Part shown: piece after piece, positions 10,775-21,193 of the stretch
Layout: the number at the start of each line of letters is the position of its first letter
Position numbering within the stretch: position 1 is the first letter of the stretch
Translations under genes and position numbers: made by a program
Notes under the pieces: generated by a model
The model's input: only the letters and a program-made list of their open reading frames with translations
Told to the model about the DNA's origin: nothing
Database searches by the model: none
Source: Collinsella aerofaciens
Lineage (GTDB): Bacteria; Actinomycetota; Coriobacteriia; Coriobacteriales; Coriobacteriaceae
NCBI GenBank assembly: GCA_048532905.1
Contig: DBGFTB010000032.1
Location: forward strand, 2,915 to 66,914
DNA length: 64,000 bases
Direction of reading: 5' to 3'

Positions 10775-12952
10775 ATGTCCGAGCTGTGCTCCGTGCCGCG
10801 CGTCTCGGAGCGCTTTGCCCAGAGCAATGCGCTCGACGAGGATATCGCGCGACTCAAATATGTTTCGGGTAAACGTGAGGAGGCCCTTCGCCGTCTGGGA
10901 ATTCGGACGGTGGGGGACCTCCTTCTCCATATCCCTCATCGATACCTCGACTTTACCCGTTCGTGGTCCATCGAGATGGCGCCCATCGGTACCGTGTGCA
11001 CCATCATCGCCACGGTCGACCGTATCGTCCAAAAGCAGCCGCGCCCGCGCATGCAGGTGACCGAGGTCTCACTTGTTGACGAGACGGGCGTGCTACAGGT
11101 CGCCTTTTTCCGCCAGCCCTGGATTGCCCAGCAGCTTAAGCAGGGCGACCGCCTGGCTGTGATGGGCAAGGTCGAGTTTGCCTACGGTTTTAAGCAGATG
11201 GCCTCGCCCCACTTTGAAAAGCTCGAGGACGGGCGCGCCGCAGGTACCATTCTGCCGGTCCATTACGTGAGCGATGGCGTGAGCCAGGCGTGGATGCGCC
11301 GCATCGTAAGCGGCGCGCTCGAGGTCGTCGGCAATCCGTTCGATCCGATTCCCGCGCCGCTGCGCGCAAAGCGGAAGCTCATGAGCAATGCCCGCGCGTT
11401 GCGTTCGATCCACTTTCCCTCGAGCATGGCTGAGCGCGACATCGCACGCCGGCGTCTTGCCTACGAGGAGTGCCTCTACCTGCAGCTGGCGCTGCGTCTG
11501 CGCAACGACGGCGGCCTGGTCGATGTGGTGCCCTATGCCCACATCGCGGGCGAGCATCTGGGCGCGCTTAAACAGGCCCTTCCGTTTTCGCTGAGCGACG
11601 AGCAGGAGGCCGCATTCCAAGACATCCTGCATGACATGTGCGATAGCGGGCGCGTGATGAACCGTCTGCTGCTGGGCGATGTCGGTACCGGTAAGACCGC
11701 CGTTGCCGCCTGTGCGCTGGCTGTGGCTGCCGATAGCGGCACGCAGGCCTGCGCTATGGCGCCCACGGGCGTGCTGGCGCGCCAATATGCTGATAAGACC
11801 GGCCCCTTGCTCTCTCAGGCCGGTATAACGTGGGCGCTGCTGACGGGTGCCACTCCGGCGGCCGAGCGCGAGCGGATCCATGAGCAGCTGCAGTCCGGCG
11901 AGCTCGATGTCCTCTTTGGCACCCATGCGGTGCTTTCGGATAACGTTGCGTTCAAGCATCTGTCGCTTGTTGTCATCGACGAGCAGCACCGCTTTGGCGT
12001 TGGCCAGCGCAACGCCCTACGCGCGAAGGGCCCCGGTGCCGATCTGCTCGTTATGACGGCAACGCCCATCCCGCGTACGCTGGCGCTTTCGGTCTACGGC
12101 GATCTGGATACGAGCATCATCCGCCATCGGCCCGTCCCTGGCGCTGGCGTGTCGACACGCGTGCTCACCGAGTCGAGCCGCGACCTCGCCTATGGCGCCA
12201 TCCGCGAGGCGCATGAAAAGGGTCAGCAGGCCTACGTGATTTGCCCGCTCGTGGTGCCGAGTGACTCGGCCGATGAGCTGGAAGACGTGCCCGGTATTGC
12301 CCGCGACGACGAGGGCCGCGTGACGGTCCCCGTGCCGCTTCACGATACGGCGACCGAGCTCGATCGCCTGCGTCTGGCGTTGCCGGGTCTTGCCATCGAG
12401 CGCCTTCACGGCCGTATGCCAGCGGGGGAGAAGGACCGCGTGATCGACGCCTTCAAGCGTGGCGAGATTGACGTGCTCGTCTCGACTACGGTGGTCGAGG
12501 TGGGCGTTGACGTGCCCAACGCCACCGTCATGGTCATCGAAAACGGCGAGCGCTTTGGTTTGGCTGCCCTGCACCAGCTGCGAGGCCGCGTGGGCCGTGG
12601 CGGCGTGTCGGGCACGTGCCTGGTCATGACGCACTCCAAGGGCAACGGCGGCGCATCGGCGGCGCAAGATCGTCTGCAATCGCTTGAAAAAAGCTCGGAT
12701 GGCTTTACGCTCGCCCAGATGGACCTGCGTCTGCGCCACGAGGGCGAAATCCTGGGGTACCGTCAGCATGGCGGTGTGACCCTGCGCTTTGTCGACCTGG
12801 ATGCCGACGAGGAGCTGATCGAGTGGGCCCATTTGGACGCGGTCGAGCTCTTGCGGTATGCTTGCAACCTTGACTCTGTGGCGACGCGCCCTCTGCGCGA
12901 TGCGGTCGCCATGCGATATCGACACATATTTAAGGAGGTCAGCGGAGGATGA
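10775..12952 (+). CDS. recG: ATP-dependent DNA helicase RecG
   Basis: 'GDVGTGKT', 'DEQHRFG', 'MTATPIPRTL', 'LHQLRGRVGRG'. Confidence 0.97.
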   Translation: MSELCSVPRVSERFAQSNALDEDIARLKYVSGKREEALRRLGIRTVGDLLLHIPHRYLDFTRSWSIEMAPIGTVCTIIATVDRIVQKQPRPRMQVTEVSLVDETGVLQVAFFRQPWIAQQLKQGDRLAVMGKVEFAYGFKQMASPHFEKLEDGRAAGTILPVHYVSDGVSQAWMRRIVSGALEVVGNPFDPIPAPLRAKRKLMSNARALRSIHFPSSMAERDIARRRLAYEECLYLQLALRLRNDGGLVDVVPYAHIAGEHLGALKQALPFSLSDEQEAAFQDILHDMCDSGRVMNRLLLGDVGTGKTAVAACALAVAADSGTQACAMAPTGVLARQYADKTGPLLSQAGITWALLTGATPAAERERIHEQLQSGELDVLFGTHAVLSDNVAFKHLSLVVIDEQHRFGVGQRNALRAKGPGADLLVMTATPIPRTLALSVYGDLDTSIIRHRPVPGAGVSTRVLTESSRDLAYGAIREAHEKGQQAYVICPLVVPSDSADELEDVPGIARDDEGRVTVPVPLHDTATELDRLRLALPGLAIERLHGRMPAGEKDRVIDAFKRGEIDVLVSTTVVEVGVDVPNATVMVIENGERFGLAALHQLRGRVGRGGVSGTCLVMTHSKGNGGASAAQDRLQSLEKSSDGFTLAQMDLRLRHEGEILGYRQHGGVTLRFVDLDADEELIEWAHLDAVELLRYACNLDSVATRPLRDAVAMRYRHIFKEVSGG

Positions 12953-13599
12953 GAATCATCGGCGGCGAATGGCGCGGTCGTAAGATCGAGGAGCCCCGTG
13001 GTCGCGATGTTACCCGCCCCACGACCGATCGCGTGCGCGAGGCATGCGCATCTATGGTCATGTCGGCATTCGACTTCGATCTGGACGAGGTCCGTGTGCT
13101 GGACGCCTTTGGCGGCTCCGGTGCCTTAGGGTTAGAGATGCTCTCTCGTGGGGCCCGCTCGCTCACGACGTTTGAGATCGATCGCAACGCCGCGCGGCTC
13201 ATTACCAAGAATATCGAGTCGCTCTGCCGTGACCGTGCGCGTTGGCGCGTGGTCACGGGTGACATGCTGGCGAGTGCCTCGCGCGGTCGTGTACCGGGCG
13301 GCCCCTTTGATCTGGTCTTGCTCGACCCGCCCTATGCTTTTGGTGCCAAGCCGGTCGACGAGCTGCTGCAGAACCTGGCCCAGCAGGGTCTGCTCACCCC
13401 GGGTGCCTATGCTCTGTTTGAGCATGCTGCCGCCGACGCGGGTGCACATCCTGCCGGCTTTGTAACCGTGCGTGAGAAACGCTATGGCATCACCTCGGTC
13501 GACCTGCTCCGTTGGGTCGGCGAGGGCGAGGATGACGATACCGCCACCGATGCCGATGACAGCGATGCCACGACGTTTCAGGAGGACGCCCATGAATGA
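12949..13599 (+). CDS. rsmD: 16S rRNA m2G966 methyltransferase
   Basis: 'MRIIGGEWRGR', 'RPTTDRVRE', 'LDAFGGSGALG', 'DPPY'. Confidence 0.95.
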   Translation: MRIIGGEWRGRKIEEPRGRDVTRPTTDRVREACASMVMSAFDFDLDEVRVLDAFGGSGALGLEMLSRGARSLTTFEIDRNAARLITKNIESLCRDRARWRVVTGDMLASASRGRVPGGPFDLVLLDPPYAFGAKPVDELLQNLAQQGLLTPGAYALFEHAAADAGAHPAGFVTVREKRYGITSVDLLRWVGEGEDDDTATDADDSDATTFQEDAHE

Positions 13600-14089
13600 C
13601 ACCATCAACCGCGTGATCGTCCCGGGCACCTTCGATCCCATCACGTTTGGCCATATCGATGTGATCCGCCGCGCCCGCCGCATCTTTCCCAGCGTGATCG
13701 TCGCTGTTGCCGAGTCGCAGGGTAAAAACGGTGTGGGCACCACGTTTATGCTCGATGAGCGCGTGGCGCTGGCCCGCGAGGCACTCGGTGATATCGACGG
13801 CGTCGAGGTCCTGCCTTTTACCGGCCTCTTGGTCGACTTCGCTCGTGAGCAGGGGGCGGGGGCCGTGGTCAAGGGTCTGCGCGCCATGACTGACTTTGAG
13901 TACGAGCTGCAGCAGGCCGACCTCAACTACCGCTTGGATAACGAGTTGGAGTCCATCTTTGTCATGAGTGCGCCGCAGTACGGCTATATCTCGAGCTCGG
14001 TCGTTCGCCAGATCGCCTCGCTCGGCAGCGATGTATCGACGTTTGTCCCGTCCAACGTGGTTGAAGCGCTCAGACATCGCTTTTCGTGA
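13592..14089 (+). CDS. coaD: Pantetheine-phosphate adenylyltransferase
   Basis: 'PGTFDPITFGHIDVI', 'KGLRAMTDFEYE', 'ISSS'; GGAGG RBS. Confidence 0.97.
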   Translation: MNDTINRVIVPGTFDPITFGHIDVIRRARRIFPSVIVAVAESQGKNGVGTTFMLDERVALAREALGDIDGVEVLPFTGLLVDFAREQGAGAVVKGLRAMTDFEYELQQADLNYRLDNELESIFVMSAPQYGYISSSVVRQIASLGSDVSTFVPSNVVEALRHRFS

Positions 14090-14157
14090 CGTTTTTTATT
14101 GCCTGGTGGCATGTGGTAAACTAGCACGATGATATGTTACCTATGAAAGGAGACCGG

Positions 14158-14655
14158 ATGCCGGGCGAGAATTTTCCTGGCGATAGGATCGTCAGCTTGG
14201 TCGATGAGCTCGAAGGGCTGATCGAGGAAGCCAAGCCGCCTTTCGGCAAGAACGCTCAGTTCAAGGTCATCGACGCCGACGTGTTCTTCAACATCCTCGA
14301 CGAGATCCGCATGAGCTATCCCGAGGAGTGGCAGAAGTCCCGCCGTATCCTTAAGGAGCGCGAGGAGCTTATGGCTTCCGCCGCCGCTCAGGCCGATTCC
14401 ATCATCGCCGACGCTCAGCAGCAGGCCCTCACCATTGCCGGTGAGCAGGAGATCGTCCGTCTTGCGCAGCAGCAGGCCGACGACATCCGCGATCGTGCCC
14501 AGCAGTACGAGCGCGAGACGCGTTATGCTGCCGAGGACTACGCAGAGCAGGTCTTTACGCACTTGGAGGAGAACCTCAAGAGCCTGACCGGCACCGTTAC
14601 CCGTTGCCGTCAGCAGCTCAACGAGGGTGCCGCCCAACAGAATGGTCAGTGGTAA
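14158..14655 (+). CDS. Coiled-coil DivIVA/SepIVA-like protein
   Basis: Heptad-rich Q/E/A/R sequence; conserved position between coaD and DUF177; AAAGGAG RBS. Confidence 0.7.
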   Translation: MPGENFPGDRIVSLVDELEGLIEEAKPPFGKNAQFKVIDADVFFNILDEIRMSYPEEWQKSRRILKEREELMASAAAQADSIIADAQQQALTIAGEQEIVRLAQQQADDIRDRAQQYERETRYAAEDYAEQVFTHLEENLKSLTGTVTRCRQQLNEGAAQQNGQW

Positions 14656-15209
14656 TGGCTGAGTTCCCGAGCGTTACCGTCGATCTTTCCGAGCAGCTCG
14701 AGTTTCCTGGAGATTCGTATCCGCTGACCGGTAAGGTCGATGTCGCCACCTACACGGTGGGCGAGAAGGAGTACCAGCTTCAGGACGGCATCGACTACGA
14801 CGTTGTCTTTACCAATGCCGGTACCGGTGTCTTGCTCACGGGCATGGTCCGCGCGCACGCCACCGGTGAGTGCGACCGTTGCCTGGAGCCCGCCTCGTTT
14901 GATATCGCCGGAGAGATCGAGGAGTTCTACCTCTTTGAGGAGCCCGAGGATCCCGAGGCCTACGAGGACGGCTACGAGCTTCTGGGTGAGGACCGTATCG
15001 TCGATCTGGGTGAGCCCATCAATGACGCGGTCGTTATGGACACGCCGTTTGTGGTGCTCTGCAAGCCCGATTGTCGCGGTCTGTGCCCCACTTGCGGTTG
15101 CAATCTCAACGTGGAGCAATGCGATTGTGCTGCCCGAGCCGAGGCCGAATGGGCCGAAGCCACGGAAAATCCATTTGCAGCATTGAAGAATCTCAAGCTT
15201 GATGAGTAA
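14655..15209 (+). CDS. yceD: DUF177/YceD family (23S rRNA accumulation) protein
   Basis: 'CDRCLEP', 'LCKPDCRGLCPTCG', 'NPFAALK'; upstream of rpmF. Confidence 0.9.
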   Translation: MAEFPSVTVDLSEQLEFPGDSYPLTGKVDVATYTVGEKEYQLQDGIDYDVVFTNAGTGVLLTGMVRAHATGECDRCLEPASFDIAGEIEEFYLFEEPEDPEAYEDGYELLGEDRIVDLGEPINDAVVMDTPFVVLCKPDCRGLCPTCGCNLNVEQCDCAARAEAEWAEATENPFAALKNLKLDE

Positions 15210-15273
15210 AACTGTGGTAGTATCGCTACTTGCGCGTAATCGCCACACTGGATAGTTCATAAGGAAGGTCACT

Positions 15274-15453
15274 ATGCCCGTACCTAAACAAAAGCAGGGT
15301 CGTATCCGCACTCACACCCGTCGTTCCGCCAACATGAAGATCTCGGCTGCGGCTCAGTCCACGTGCCCCCGTTGCGGCGCTGTTAAGCTTCCGCACCACG
15401 TGTGCTCCAGCTGCGGTTTCTACAAGGACCGCGAGGTTATCGTTACCGAGTAA
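15274..15453 (+). CDS. rpmF: 50S ribosomal protein L32 (59 aa, absent from ORF track)
   Basis: MPVPKQKQGRIRTHTRRS...CPRCGAVKLPHHVCSSCGFYK; AAGGAAGG RBS. Confidence 0.96.
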   Translation: MPVPKQKQGRIRTHTRRSANMKISAAAQSTCPRCGAVKLPHHVCSSCGFYKDREVIVTE

Positions 15454-15493
15454 CGGTATACTCTGGATGCGATGCCGTTCCAAATGGAACCAC

Positions 15494-15523
15494 AATGGCC
15501 GGCTCAATGAGTCGGCCATTTTT
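15494..15523 (+). terminator. Rho-independent terminator after rpmF
   Basis: AATGGCCGGCTC-AAT-GAGTCGGCCATT-TTT. Confidence 0.7.
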
Positions 15524-15540
15524 GTATAAGGAGCATGTTT

Positions 15541-16560
15541 ATGAGTAACGTTCGCGTTTGTGTAGACGTTGTGGGCGGAGACGAGAAACCTCAGGTTGTT
15601 CTCGATGGTATCGAGGCTGCGCTTGCCGCCGATCCCGATATCGAGGTCTTGGCAGCTGGCCCCGCCGAAATCGTCAACCCTTTTGCCGCTTCCCATGCAC
15701 GTGTTGAGGCCCTTGAGGCACCTGACGTTATCGCCATGGATGACGATCCCATTCGCGCCGTGATGACTAAACGCAAGTCGTCGATCGTGCTGTCGTGTCG
15801 CGCCATCAAGAAGGGTAATGCGGACGCCTTCTTCTCTGCCGGCTCGACCGGTGCCATGACCGCCGCTGCTACCGCCTACGTGACGCCGTTTAGGTATCAG
15901 GCCGAAGGCAAGAAACAGCCGGTGCGCCCCTGTCTGACCAATGCACTGCCCAATCGCGCCGGCGGTCTGACGGTGCTGTGCGATATGGGCGCCAACCCCG
16001 ATGTCGAGGTCGACGACATGGTACGTTTTGCCCAGATGGGTAGCGCCTATGCCCGCGTCGTCCTGGGCATCGAGCATCCCCGCGTGGGCCTGCTTGCCAA
16101 CGGCACCGAGGACGAGAAGGGCTCCAACTTTACCAAGGCCTGCTTCCCGGCCATGAAAGCCGCCGTTCCCGGCTTTGTTGGTAACTGCGAGGGAACGGAC
16201 ATCACCTCAGGTAACTTCGATGTCATCGTTGCCGATGGCATGTCGGGCAATATTGCGCTCAAGGCCACCGAAGGCGCTGCCAAATTTTTGCTGCAGGAGC
16301 TCAAGGGTGTCTTTATGTCTTCGCTCGGCACCAAGATTGCCGCGCTGCTCATCAAAAAACAGATGCGCGAGATTAAAGCCAAGCTTTCGGGCGACGCCAA
16401 GGGCGGCGCGATTCTTTTGGGCCTGCGCGGCGTGGTCCTGATCGGCCATGGCGCCACCTCGGTCGAGGCTGTTAAAAACGGTACGCTCGCGGCGGCCGAA
16501 GCCGTGCGCGCGGGGCTGGTCGAGAATGTCGCCAACTCCATGGACGGCATCGTTTTATAA
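15541..16560 (+). CDS. plsX: Phosphate acyltransferase PlsX
   Basis: 'VDVVGGD', 'SAGSTGA', 'DMGAN', 'GNIALK..EG', 'GGAILLGL'. Confidence 0.95.
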   Translation: MSNVRVCVDVVGGDEKPQVVLDGIEAALAADPDIEVLAAGPAEIVNPFAASHARVEALEAPDVIAMDDDPIRAVMTKRKSSIVLSCRAIKKGNADAFFSAGSTGAMTAAATAYVTPFRYQAEGKKQPVRPCLTNALPNRAGGLTVLCDMGANPDVEVDDMVRFAQMGSAYARVVLGIEHPRVGLLANGTEDEKGSNFTKACFPAMKAAVPGFVGNCEGTDITSGNFDVIVADGMSGNIALKATEGAAKFLLQELKGVFMSSLGTKIAALLIKKQMREIKAKLSGDAKGGAILLGLRGVVLIGHGATSVEAVKNGTLAAAEAVRAGLVENVANSMDGIVL

Positions 16561-16674
16561 CAGCGGCGTTATGCGCCTCGGGGCGTGCGTCGTGGGGTAG
16601 AATCAGAACCGTGTCTTGGTACCGCCCGGACGGTACCATTCTTTTGGTATTCATGCACTATGAGAGGAAGCGCT

Positions 16675-16917
16675 ATGGACCGCTCCGAAATCTTCGACAA
16701 GATCGCCGAGGTCGCTGCTGACGTTCTGGGCGTCGATGTTGCCGAAATTAGCGATGAGACCACCTTTGACGACCTCGATGCCAACTCGCTCGAGCGCCTG
16801 CAGCTGGTTACGGCTATCGAGGACGAGTTCAACCTCGAGATCGATGACGAGACTCTGCTCTCGCTTAACTCTGTCGCCGACGCTGTCGACGCGATCGAAA
16901 ACGCCAGGGAGGCCTAG
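16675..16917 (+). CDS. acpP: Acyl carrier protein
   Basis: 80 aa acidic; 'DLDANSLERLQLVTAIEDEF'; between plsX and rnc. Confidence 0.88.
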   Translation: MDRSEIFDKIAEVAADVLGVDVAEISDETTFDDLDANSLERLQLVTAIEDEFNLEIDDETLLSLNSVADAVDAIENAREA

Positions 16918-16920
16918 GTC

Positions 16921-17646
16921 TTGGCTTTGTCTGAACGACTTACGCGCGCCCAGGAAATCCTGGGCCACGAGTTCAATAATAAAGTGCTGCTGCGCGCGGC
17001 CCTTACGCATCCCTCGGCAGTCGAGGGCCAGCCGGTTTCTGCCAGCTATGAGCGCCTTGAGTTCTTGGGCGATTCCATTTTGGGCGCTGTGGTCGCACGC
17101 TCCCTGTTTGAGTCCTATCCGGAGTTTGACGAGGGCAAGCTCACGCGCCTGAAGGTGTCGCTTGTCTCGGGCGCTACGCTGTCCGAGGTTTCTCACGAGC
17201 TGGGCATCGACGACATCATCATCTTTGGTGCCTCCGAGACCGGTACTGGTGCCCGCGGCCTGCATTCGGCCCTCGAGAACGTCTATGAGTCGCTCGTGGG
17301 CGCGCTGTACCTGGATGCCGGCTGGGATGCCGCGGCGGAGTTCATTCACCGTACGCTTAAGCCGCATTTGGCTTCCGAGCGTGCCGAGCACCCCGCGAAC
17401 CCCAAGTCGTTTTTGCAGGAGTGCGTGCAAGCCGACGGTCACGAGCCCCCGGCGTATAAGCTCGTTGGCTCCGAGGGCCCGGCGCATGCGCCCACCTTTA
17501 CCGCCGTGGTGCTCATCGATGGCATTCGCCAGGGTCGCGGCACCGGTTCCTCTAAGAAGGAAGCCGAGGGAGCCGCCGCGCTCGAAGCGCTCGACCGCAT
17601 GGGTTACACCACCAACGGCGTGATTCTGAACAAGAAGCACGTGTAA
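16921..17646 (+). CDS. rnc: Ribonuclease III
   Basis: 'ERLEFLGDSILG' signature plus dsRBD. Confidence 0.97.
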   Translation: MALSERLTRAQEILGHEFNNKVLLRAALTHPSAVEGQPVSASYERLEFLGDSILGAVVARSLFESYPEFDEGKLTRLKVSLVSGATLSEVSHELGIDDIIIFGASETGTGARGLHSALENVYESLVGALYLDAGWDAAAEFIHRTLKPHLASERAEHPANPKSFLQECVQADGHEPPAYKLVGSEGPAHAPTFTAVVLIDGIRQGRGTGSSKKEAEGAAALEALDRMGYTTNGVILNKKHV

Positions 17647-17656
17647 GCGAGGAACC

Positions 17657-20600
17657 GTGTATCTCAAGTCCCTCACGCTCAAAGGGTTCAAGTCGTTTGC
17701 CGACCGCGCCCATATGACGTTTGAGCCGGGCCTGACCGTCATCGTCGGTCCCAACGGCTCGGGAAAATCGAACATCTCCGACTCAATTCTGTGGGTCCTG
17801 GGCGAGCAGAGCGCCAAGCAGCTGCGCGGCCAGGCCATGGAGGACGTCATCTTCTCGGGATCGTCAGCGCGCAAGCCGGTGGGTGTCGCCGAGGTCACGC
17901 TGGTGCTCGATAACTCGGACCATATGCTGCCCGTCGATTTTGACGAAGTCGCCATCACCCGTCGCATGTATCGCTCGGGCGAAAGCGAGTACCTCATCAA
18001 CTCGAGTCCGTGCCGCCTGATGGACATTCAGGACATCCTGCACGATTCGGGCCTGGGCAAGGATACGCATTCCATCATCAGCCAGGGCAAGCTCGACGCC
18101 ATTTTGCAGAGCCGCCCCGAGGAGCGCCGCGCCCTCATCGAGGAGGCCGCCGGCATCTCCAAGCACAAGCGCCGCAAGGAGCGTGCGCTCAAAAAGATTA
18201 AGTCGATGGACGAGCATCTGACGCGTGCCCGCGACATCAATAAGGAAATCGCCCGTCAGCTGCGACCACTGGAGCGTCAGGTCGATCGCGCGCGCAAGTA
18301 CAAAGAGCTGTCCTCGCGCGCGAACGAACTTACGCAGATGCTGGCCGTCGACGAGCTTCGTTCGCTGCAGTCGCAGTGGAACGACCTGGAGAGCCGCTCT
18401 AAGGAGGGCGCCGCCGAACTTGAGCTTGCGCAATACCGCCTGGGTGAAAAGGAGCGCGAGCTCGAGAAGCTCCAAGTTATGCTCGAGGAAAAAGGCCTGT
18501 TTGTGGGCGATCTGGGCGAGCAACGCCGCCATATGCAAGATGTGGTCGGTCGCATTAACTCAGACATGCGTCTGCTCGAGGAAAAGGGCCATAACATGGT
18601 GTCGCGCCTGTCCGACATGCGCGGGCAGATTTCGAGCTCCGAGCATCAGCGTCGTCGTGTGGTCGAGGAACTCGAGGACGCACGTGCTCGGCTCGAGGAA
18701 GTGACCGGCGCGCATATGCAGGTCCAGGAGGACGTTGACGCCGCTGGTCCTGCCGCCGCCGAGCTCCACGAGCGGCGCGTTGCGCTCGACAATCAGATTT
18801 CGCAGCTTACGCGCGAGCAGCGCGATGTGCAGCGCGTTGCCGATAATGCTGCGCTCGAGCTCGCCAAGGTGAAGGATTCGCTTTCCAATGCCGAGGTCGA
18901 GGACAACATGTATGCCTCGCGCCTGGAGCAGATCGATGAACAGCTCGAGGAGGTCACGGCCTCGCTCGAGAGCCGTCGCGACCGCGCCGAGGAGCTTGAG
19001 GGCGCTCTTGAGGAGGCGCGCCAGGCTCAGGTCGATGCGCGTGAGGCCACCGAGGTCGCCCGTGCGGCCCTGAAGGACTTGCGTAATCGTGAGAGCGAGG
19101 CGCGCAACAAGTTATCCGAGGTGCGCTCGGAGCTTGCCAGCCAAAAGAAGCTTGATGCGCGCATGGCCGACAGCTCGCCGCTCGTGAGCCGTCTGGTGGG
19201 TGCGCTGGGCGATGACGTAACGGGTCGCCTGGGCGATGTGCTCGAAGCCCCGCGCGAGCTTGAGGGCCTGGTTGAGCAATTGCTCGCCGGCGATATCGAT
19301 GCGCTTCTGTTCGACGATACGTCCGCGCTTGAGCGTGCCGGTCGTGCGGCTCTGGACCAAAAGAAGGCCTCGGGCGAAGCACTGCTGGTGGCGCGCGACG
19401 TGAGCGGCTCTACCGCCGCTGAGGGCGCTGCCGGTATCCGCCTGGTTGATCGTCTGTCCGTGCGCGCAGGCTACGGACCCGTCGTCGAGGCGCTGCTCGG
19501 CGGCTATTACGTGGTCGATGACTTGGCTGCCGCGCTGTTGGTGCCGGTCGTTGACGGTGTGACCTATGTGACTCCCGATGGCGCCCGCGTAAGCTGTGGC
19601 GGCCTGGTGCGCGTGGGCCTCGATGCTGGCGAGGCCTCGGGTGCTCTGGAGCGTAAGCGTCGCATTCGCGAGCTGGAGGGGCTTGAGCCCGATCTGGCTG
19701 CCGTGTTTGAGCATGTGTCGGATCAGGTCGTCGAGGCCAATGCGGCCGTCGAAGAGGCGCGTGCCGCTGAGGGCGATGCCGCCGGCGAGATCGCCCGTCT
19801 TGAAGGCGAGCGCCGCTCGCTGCTCTCCGAGATCGGCCGCTTGGAGCAAAGCGCCAACAATGCCGAGGTCGAGCGCGTGCGCATCTCCAAGCGCCGCGAG
19901 CAGGCCGCCGAGGCCGTTCGCGCTGCGCGCCCGCGCGTTGACGAGCTCACCCGTTCGCGCGACGAGGCCCGTGCGCAGGCAAGCGACCTGGTTCTTCAGA
20001 TTGCCGAAGCCAACGACGAGCTCGATCGCGTGCGCCGTGACGACTCCGAGGCAGCCGGTAAGCTCGCCGATGCCAAGGTTCGCCTAGCCCAGACGAGCGA
20101 ACGCCTGCGTTCGCTGAAGGGCCGCGTGCCCGACCTGGAGCATCGTCTTGAGGGCATCGACCGTCGTATCCGCGGAACACGCCAAGCCTCGCGCTCGCTC
20201 GAGCTGCTGCGCCTGCGCGTCGATCCCATGCACGAACGCTATTCTGCCCTGTTGGAACGCGCGTCGGATTGGGCAGCGCGCCTGCGTGACCAGGCCTCTC
20301 TGGAGGAGGCGGACTCCGCTTCGCTCAAGAAGACCATCGAGGATGCCAAGGCAGAGGTTGCCCGCGCTAAGGAGCGAGTCGATTCCGCCTCTGCCACGCA
20401 AAACGAGTTCAAGGTCGCGCGTGGCAAGCTCGAGGTGCAGGTCGAGGCTGCCATCAAGGCCATTACCGCCGATGGCACGACGGTGCTCGAGGAAGCGCTC
20501 ATGCTTCCGGCGCCCACGGACCGCGATTCCGCCGAGCGCGAACTCAACCAGCTTGTGCGCCAGATCAACAACCTTGGTCCCGTTAACCAAGTTGCCATGG

Positions 20601-21193
20601 AGGAGTACGAGCAGCTCAAGCGCCGCGCCGATTACATCGAGGAGCAGCTGGCCGATCTGGAGAGCGCGCGCAAGGCGCTCACCAAGATCACCGTGGCTAT
20701 CGACCGTAAGATGCGCAAGGCGTTCCTGGTGACGTTTGAGAAGGTCGATGCGAACTTCCGCGAGATCTTCGCCATGCTCTTCCCGGGCGGTCAGGCTCAT
20801 CTGGAGATGACCGATCCCGAGCATCCTGCCGAGACGGGTATCGAGGTCGTGGCGCAGCCGCGCGGCAAGCGCATCACCAAGATGATGCTCATGTCAGGCG
20901 GCGAGAAGAGCCTGACGGCGCTCGCCCTGCTCTTTGCCGTGTACCGCACGCGCACGGTGCCGTTCTATGTGCTTGACGAGGTCGAGGCGGCACTCGACGA
21001 CGCCAACCTGTCCAAGCTCATCGGCGCGCTCGATGTGTTGCGTTCCGATACGCAGCTCTTGGTCATTTCGCATCAGCGCCGTACTATGGAGGACGCTGAC
21101 GTCCTCTATGGCGTCTCGATGCAAGCCGACGGCGTCAGTCGCGTCGTCTCGCAAAAACTCGATCGCGAAACCGGAAAGGTCGTGAATGCATAA
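17657..21193 (+). CDS. smc: Chromosome segregation protein SMC
   Basis: 'GPNGSGKSN', long coiled coils with hinge, 'MSGGEK', 'LDEVEAALD'. Confidence 0.97.
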   Translation: MYLKSLTLKGFKSFADRAHMTFEPGLTVIVGPNGSGKSNISDSILWVLGEQSAKQLRGQAMEDVIFSGSSARKPVGVAEVTLVLDNSDHMLPVDFDEVAITRRMYRSGESEYLINSSPCRLMDIQDILHDSGLGKDTHSIISQGKLDAILQSRPEERRALIEEAAGISKHKRRKERALKKIKSMDEHLTRARDINKEIARQLRPLERQVDRARKYKELSSRANELTQMLAVDELRSLQSQWNDLESRSKEGAAELELAQYRLGEKERELEKLQVMLEEKGLFVGDLGEQRRHMQDVVGRINSDMRLLEEKGHNMVSRLSDMRGQISSSEHQRRRVVEELEDARARLEEVTGAHMQVQEDVDAAGPAAAELHERRVALDNQISQLTREQRDVQRVADNAALELAKVKDSLSNAEVEDNMYASRLEQIDEQLEEVTASLESRRDRAEELEGALEEARQAQVDAREATEVARAALKDLRNRESEARNKLSEVRSELASQKKLDARMADSSPLVSRLVGALGDDVTGRLGDVLEAPRELEGLVEQLLAGDIDALLFDDTSALERAGRAALDQKKASGEALLVARDVSGSTAAEGAAGIRLVDRLSVRAGYGPVVEALLGGYYVVDDLAAALLVPVVDGVTYVTPDGARVSCGGLVRVGLDAGEASGALERKRRIRELEGLEPDLAAVFEHVSDQVVEANAAVEEARAAEGDAAGEIARLEGERRSLLSEIGRLEQSANNAEVERVRISKRREQAAEAVRAARPRVDELTRSRDEARAQASDLVLQIAEANDELDRVRRDDSEAAGKLADAKVRLAQTSERLRSLKGRVPDLEHRLEGIDRRIRGTRQASRSLELLRLRVDPMHERYSALLERASDWAARLRDQASLEEADSASLKKTIEDAKAEVARAKERVDSASATQNEFKVARGKLEVQVEAAIKAITADGTTVLEEALMLPAPTDRDSAERELNQLVRQINNLGPVNQVAMEEYEQLKRRADYIEEQLADLESARKALTKITVAIDRKMRKAFLVTFEKVDANFREIFAMLFPGGQAHLEMTDPEHPAETGIEVVAQPRGKRITKMMLMSGGEKSLTALALLFAVYRTRTVPFYVLDEVEAALDDANLSKLIGALDVLRSDTQLLVISHQRRTMEDADVLYGVSMQADGVSRVVSQKLDRETGKVVNA

